A stretch of 64,000 nucleotides of DNA. Origin: Acidobacteriota bacterium (GTDB lineage: Bacteria; Acidobacteriota; UBA6911; RPQK01; JAJDTT01). The DNA is taken from positions 1-64,000 of the forward strand of contig OZ253580.1 of NCBI GenBank assembly GCA_965263035.1, in the 5' to 3' direction. The notes below the pieces were generated by a model. The model was not told where the DNA came from. It saw only the letters and a list, made by a program, of their open reading frames with translations, and made no database searches. Position numbers and translations under genes: made by a program. Shown here in pieces: positions 61,301 to 64,000 of the stretch; the first letter of the stretch is position 1; every line of letters starts with the position of its first letter.

Positions 61301-64000
61301 CCCCGTGGCACTGGTTCAACCGATCACGGATTGCCTTGAACCTGCTTTCTATTTCCACGAGCGCGCCGCCGCGATCAGTGATTCTCCCATTTGGCGGCAA
61401 GGTCTCCACCATGTCATCCCGCTCAGTATCCGTGAGTGCATTGAAGTAGTAGCAGATTTCAATCTCTTCCGTTAGTTCGACCCACACCTTCCACAACTCA
61501 TGGAGTTTATTGCGTTCCACGCCGTTTAATGTTTCAATACATGAATCTTCATCGGGGTCCCCAACGACTCCCATTTCATCACACGCAAATGCAGCACCTG
61601 CCAGATCACCTCGTGCGAGTCGTGCATCGAAAGCCGCCTTCAATGTACTTGCGTGGTCATCGAAATTGGTCAAGAGTCGTAGCAATTCAGGGTTCCGTGC
61701 TACAGCCCCGGACTCCATGTCATAGTCTAAATCAGTTACGAACAAAAGATCTTTCGAAAGCAATAGCGCGGGTGTGTTGACGTGACGGAACGTCTCGACA
61801 ATTTCCCCTTCAAATACGTTGATCAGTGCCTTAATAGACGCCCGGCCTCTCACAAGAGCCGCCGATAATGGTAGTGAAGTCTCCAGCGTGTTCCCGGCGG
61901 CATCTATGGCATCTAGCGCACCTGAGCCGTGCCGTGCAAGGTCTTGTGCAAGATCCTTTACCTTACTCTCGATGAAGCCGTCCGGATTCGGTATTGTCTT
62001 CATAAGCCGGAGCCACTCTTTGGCCAATCCGATTATGGGCTCTACACTTCTTCCCAGCTGAGTTAGGGCCCGAGCCTCGATGTTGCTGCCGGTATTTCGC
62101 CCCAAGTCATTTCGGTCGGTATTGTGGACCAGTTCCTTGAATCTGCGCTCCTCCTCAAGTTCTTTTAGAATTTCACGGACTCTTGGGGCCGCAGCCTTGT
62201 CTCCCTTGCAGCAGCGTCCTGCCAGTTCATTCAGTATCCCTCGTCCACGCTGCCAAAAACGCCAGACCCGCTGTGCTGGACCAAATAAAACTCTTCTTGC
62301 AGAGGCCTCCTCACGCCAAGTCTCCACTCGATTCACAAGATCCTCGAGACTGGCCGTCCATGCAGTCTCATCAAGCGCACTTTGTAGCTCGCGAACCCCG
62401 AAGTGTGCAGTCTGTAACGGTTGTGCCCCCCGAACGATGGCATCGACGAAATCGGATACACGAGAGAATCTAGTGGATACGTCGAACCGACGTAGCATCG
62501 AGAGAGCTCCGGTCGCCGGCGCAAACAGCGTTGGGAACAATGCCGCCGGCAACAACATCAGGTTCAAAGCGTCCTGTAGATCCTCATCGTTCCGTTTAAG
62601 AGAATTCTCACCGACAGCCGACAAACACTTCGCGAGAGGCTGCAGCAAGTTACCTTCGTAATTGTTCACGGAATCTCCCATAGCCGCTGCCGCGATGAGA
62701 TCGGACGGGGGAATATCTGCGCCGTCAGTTGCATCTTCCTGCGCCAACAATGCGATATGGTACGCGATCCCGAGTCGATCCTGTGCGATTGCGCGCCATA
62801 AAGCAGTTGAGAATGAAACATAGGAAGAACCAGCTTGCTCCATCTGTTCAAGACGGGCTGCCCGCGGGAGTTCTTTGTCTGTCTCGTGGGTGTGCCGTTG
62901 TCCTATAGGCAGGCACTTGGACGCTAGCGGTATTGATGGGTCCGCGGGTCCAGGTTCCGAGCCTGTTGCAACAACCTCATTATCGTTTCCCTGTTCGTCG
63001 CGATTCTGAGCAGCTTCCTGTGTTTTCCTGGCTGAGTGTGGTATGATTTCTTCTTCGTCGGTCTCGGATGGCTCGCTCTGGTCTTGTGGCGTGACGTCGG
63101 GCTCGTGAACTGTTGGCGATGCAACCTTGAGCACTTTCGCCATGGCTCGGTCCTGTTGCGTCATCGCCTTGTGAAGACTACTGAAGAGTTTTGCAGTTCG
63201 TTTAACCGCCTTGATTCGATGCGTACGGTCTTGTGAAATAGACGCTTGCGCCTGGTCAGCCTCACACTCACGCTCCAATCGGGTTACTTCATTGGTAGCT
63301 TCAAACCAGCCGCTAATTGTTTCCGGCAGTTCAAGCTTCACCCGTTTGATGTCTGACTGGAGTTGGTCAATGTCGGCGGATTCGTGGGGATATGCTCGCT
63401 TCCACAATTCATGGATCTTATGGGACTCATCAAGTTCCTGCGCCAAGCTTGGCACATCCGATGTGCGCTCCTTGATCGTTTGTGCAACATCGTAGAGTAG
63501 ATCTTCAGCGCTCGGAGTGAGAAAGGCCAAGACCGGTTTACGTAAACGTAGCACGTCGTCGACTTGATTTGATAGATTGTTGAATAATATCGTAGCCACT
63601 GCTACTGACGATACTTCAACCAGCTTCGATGCTGTATCCGCAAGTTCGGAACATGCATCACGGAAATCGTCTGCGATTCGTTCCTGACTGCGGAGCGATT
63701 CGACAGGTTCGTCGGTATCTTCATCCTGTTCAGGCGATTGATTCAGGGCAAAGCTGAACTCATTCGCAAAGACATCGATCTTATTGGTTGCCTCTATTAT
63801 CAACCGGGCATCATCGAGTATCGTAGCCACGGCGAAGGCCACCAGTACTACTTGTTCTTGTCTTTCCGAATCCAGCTTCGCCCAATTCAAAATGTCGTTG
63901 CGGACGACTGGAAGTACGGCCAGGGCCGGACACTGCCAGTCAATCGATTTCGCAGCTGTATCGAAGAGATCCTGGCAGTCCAAGAGCGCATCTTCATCGA
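58374..64000 (-). CDS. Giant (>1870 aa) P-loop NTPase, STAND-like; 5' end outside window
   Basis: FFGRSREL, YGGRQLGKT, LLLLDEAD; the frame is open to the window edge. Confidence 0.85.
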   Translation of the reverse strand, partial: DEDALLDCQDLFDTAAKSIDWQCPALAVLPVVRNDILNWAKLDSERQEQVVLVAFAVATILDDARLIIEATNKIDVFANEFSFALNQSPEQDEDTDEPVESLRSQERIADDFRDACSELADTASKLVEVSSVAVATILFNNLSNQVDDVLRLRKPVLAFLTPSAEDLLYDVAQTIKERTSDVPSLAQELDESHKIHELWKRAYPHESADIDQLQSDIKRVKLELPETISGWFEATNEVTRLERECEADQAQASISQDRTHRIKAVKRTAKLFSSLHKAMTQQDRAMAKVLKVASPTVHEPDVTPQDQSEPSETDEEEIIPHSARKTQEAAQNRDEQGNDNEVVATGSEPGPADPSIPLASKCLPIGQRHTHETDKELPRAARLEQMEQAGSSYVSFSTALWRAIAQDRLGIAYHIALLAQEDATDGADIPPSDLIAAAAMGDSVNNYEGNLLQPLAKCLSAVGENSLKRNDEDLQDALNLMLLPAALFPTLFAPATGALSMLRRFDVSTRFSRVSDFVDAIVRGAQPLQTAHFGVRELQSALDETAWTASLEDLVNRVETWREEASARRVLFGPAQRVWRFWQRGRGILNELAGRCCKGDKAAAPRVREILKELEEERRFKELVHNTDRNDLGRNTGSNIEARALTQLGRSVEPIIGLAKEWLRLMKTIPNPDGFIESKVKDLAQDLARHGSGALDAIDAAGNTLETSLPLSAALVRGRASIKALINVFEGEIVETFRHVNTPALLLSKDLLFVTDLDYDMESGAVARNPELLRLLTNFDDHASTLKAAFDARLARGDLAGAAFACDEMGVVGDPDEDSCIETLNGVERNKLHELWKVWVELTEEIEICYYFNALTDTERDDMVETLPPNGRITDRGGALVEIESRFKAIRDRLNQCHGEIKRKYEDDLEEMDRNLSQAELERVREAIESRDWRTVAEQVGRLRDGEPIAAIGHEPDHFNSFMTATGRIEKLFAGPERPGPDDIVRAAESRTDIAGISFSSMSEDEAQQAEEILATWYEIALCGRVHNESIVKLLKMLGFDVKDVEEKPDGSLLVTTKPLRQRTLCPLHIYGSSANGKYRFVLNWRTPARDSIIQSVGDARSHPTIVLHFGRLGEDRELLRKWATRESQRHMLIVDETLVLYLSVIPSGRLPTLFRCAAPFTAAEPFVTTSSLVPPEMFFGRSRELEKVKDRYGSCFVYGGRQLGKTALLRSAEAEFHNPSARKVAKWIDLKSRGIGEDKQPEDIWRLLWRELSDDLFPEGTTAPRSNSSVIEKFMQAVKNWINEDNERQLLLLLDEADNFLKLDARNDFPESTRLKGLMDDTERKFKVVFSGLHNVLRTTERANHPLIHLGNPVCVGPLLSNGEWQEARQLISDPLAVIGCRFERENIVTHILARTNYFPSLIQLYGAKLVEYLRDSNKGFPYKITVDDVYTVFRKDDLRQNILDRFLATLKLDPRYEVIAYAIAHETARELEGHGANLAKALNRSEIMQEARGWWDAGFSSTAAEFGALLDEMVGLGVLRAVQKSQWDEKRYTLRNPNVRALLGSKNVIADTLLREDRELPAIYEPALFHGRYYGDHSSRRRGPLTSEQEGRLKRRGGVTVVSGVDATKVEHISIFLKGRFDPEMYRKLPPHADAQQFKREITKLRPDPKRGTHIYLVPLDTPWSCRWLKLTLDAWRRMTNRRYIRVVFVAKPHTLWRTLIDIDEGCRGIDNVEWAELGPWHRTFVRQWSADHNLQDNKEMEELLKVSGGWSAVVEKYKLSILSRPARMDALKNMVNDNREEWLKRLGIDSKQVEREVQTLVDYNVQSISQANTLAQELAEDAGPSENVFEKTTLKRRFTWMKHLHLLERRDDGHWSYNSLLKRLLKERNSK

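Overview
GC-rich, insertion-sequence-riddled accessory region. The gene types (YWTD-repeat protease, Ig-like surface protein, sulfatase) suggest a host-associated bacterium, possibly an Acidobacteriota member; this is an inference. 0-17 kb: a frameshifted Ig-like repeat surface protein, IS3 and IS630 elements, a T5orf172 gene, and a duplicated, decayed sensor-kinase/YjzC module. 17-35.9 kb: a nested set of insertions. A sulfatase gene is split by a decayed capsid-encoding satellite/prophage. The terminase of that element is split at one CTAG by IS1380 + MITE-A + a 10.6 kb block bounded by MITE-B copies (S8 protease, replicase remnant, IS3). 36-41 kb: two secreted proteins and an ORF-less group IIC intron inserted in a REP-like hairpin. 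41-64 kb: a defence-like island with a TIR-NTPase gene and a giant NTPase plus partner. The main finding is an 8.6 kb IS1595-family transposon (42443-51073; 28-bp TIRs, 8-bp TSD) that splits the TIR-NTPase gene. It carries eight tRNA-like genes, most with anticodons that conflict with their identity elements (Ser-like/GAA, G3:U70 Ala-like/GAA, long-arm/CAG x2, non-Ala/GGC-CGC-AGC triplet). It also carries several other stem-closed multi-hairpin RNA units and two type-I-toxin-like peptides, with most units lying between convergent -10 boxes. All folds and family assignments were made by eye and need computational confirmation.
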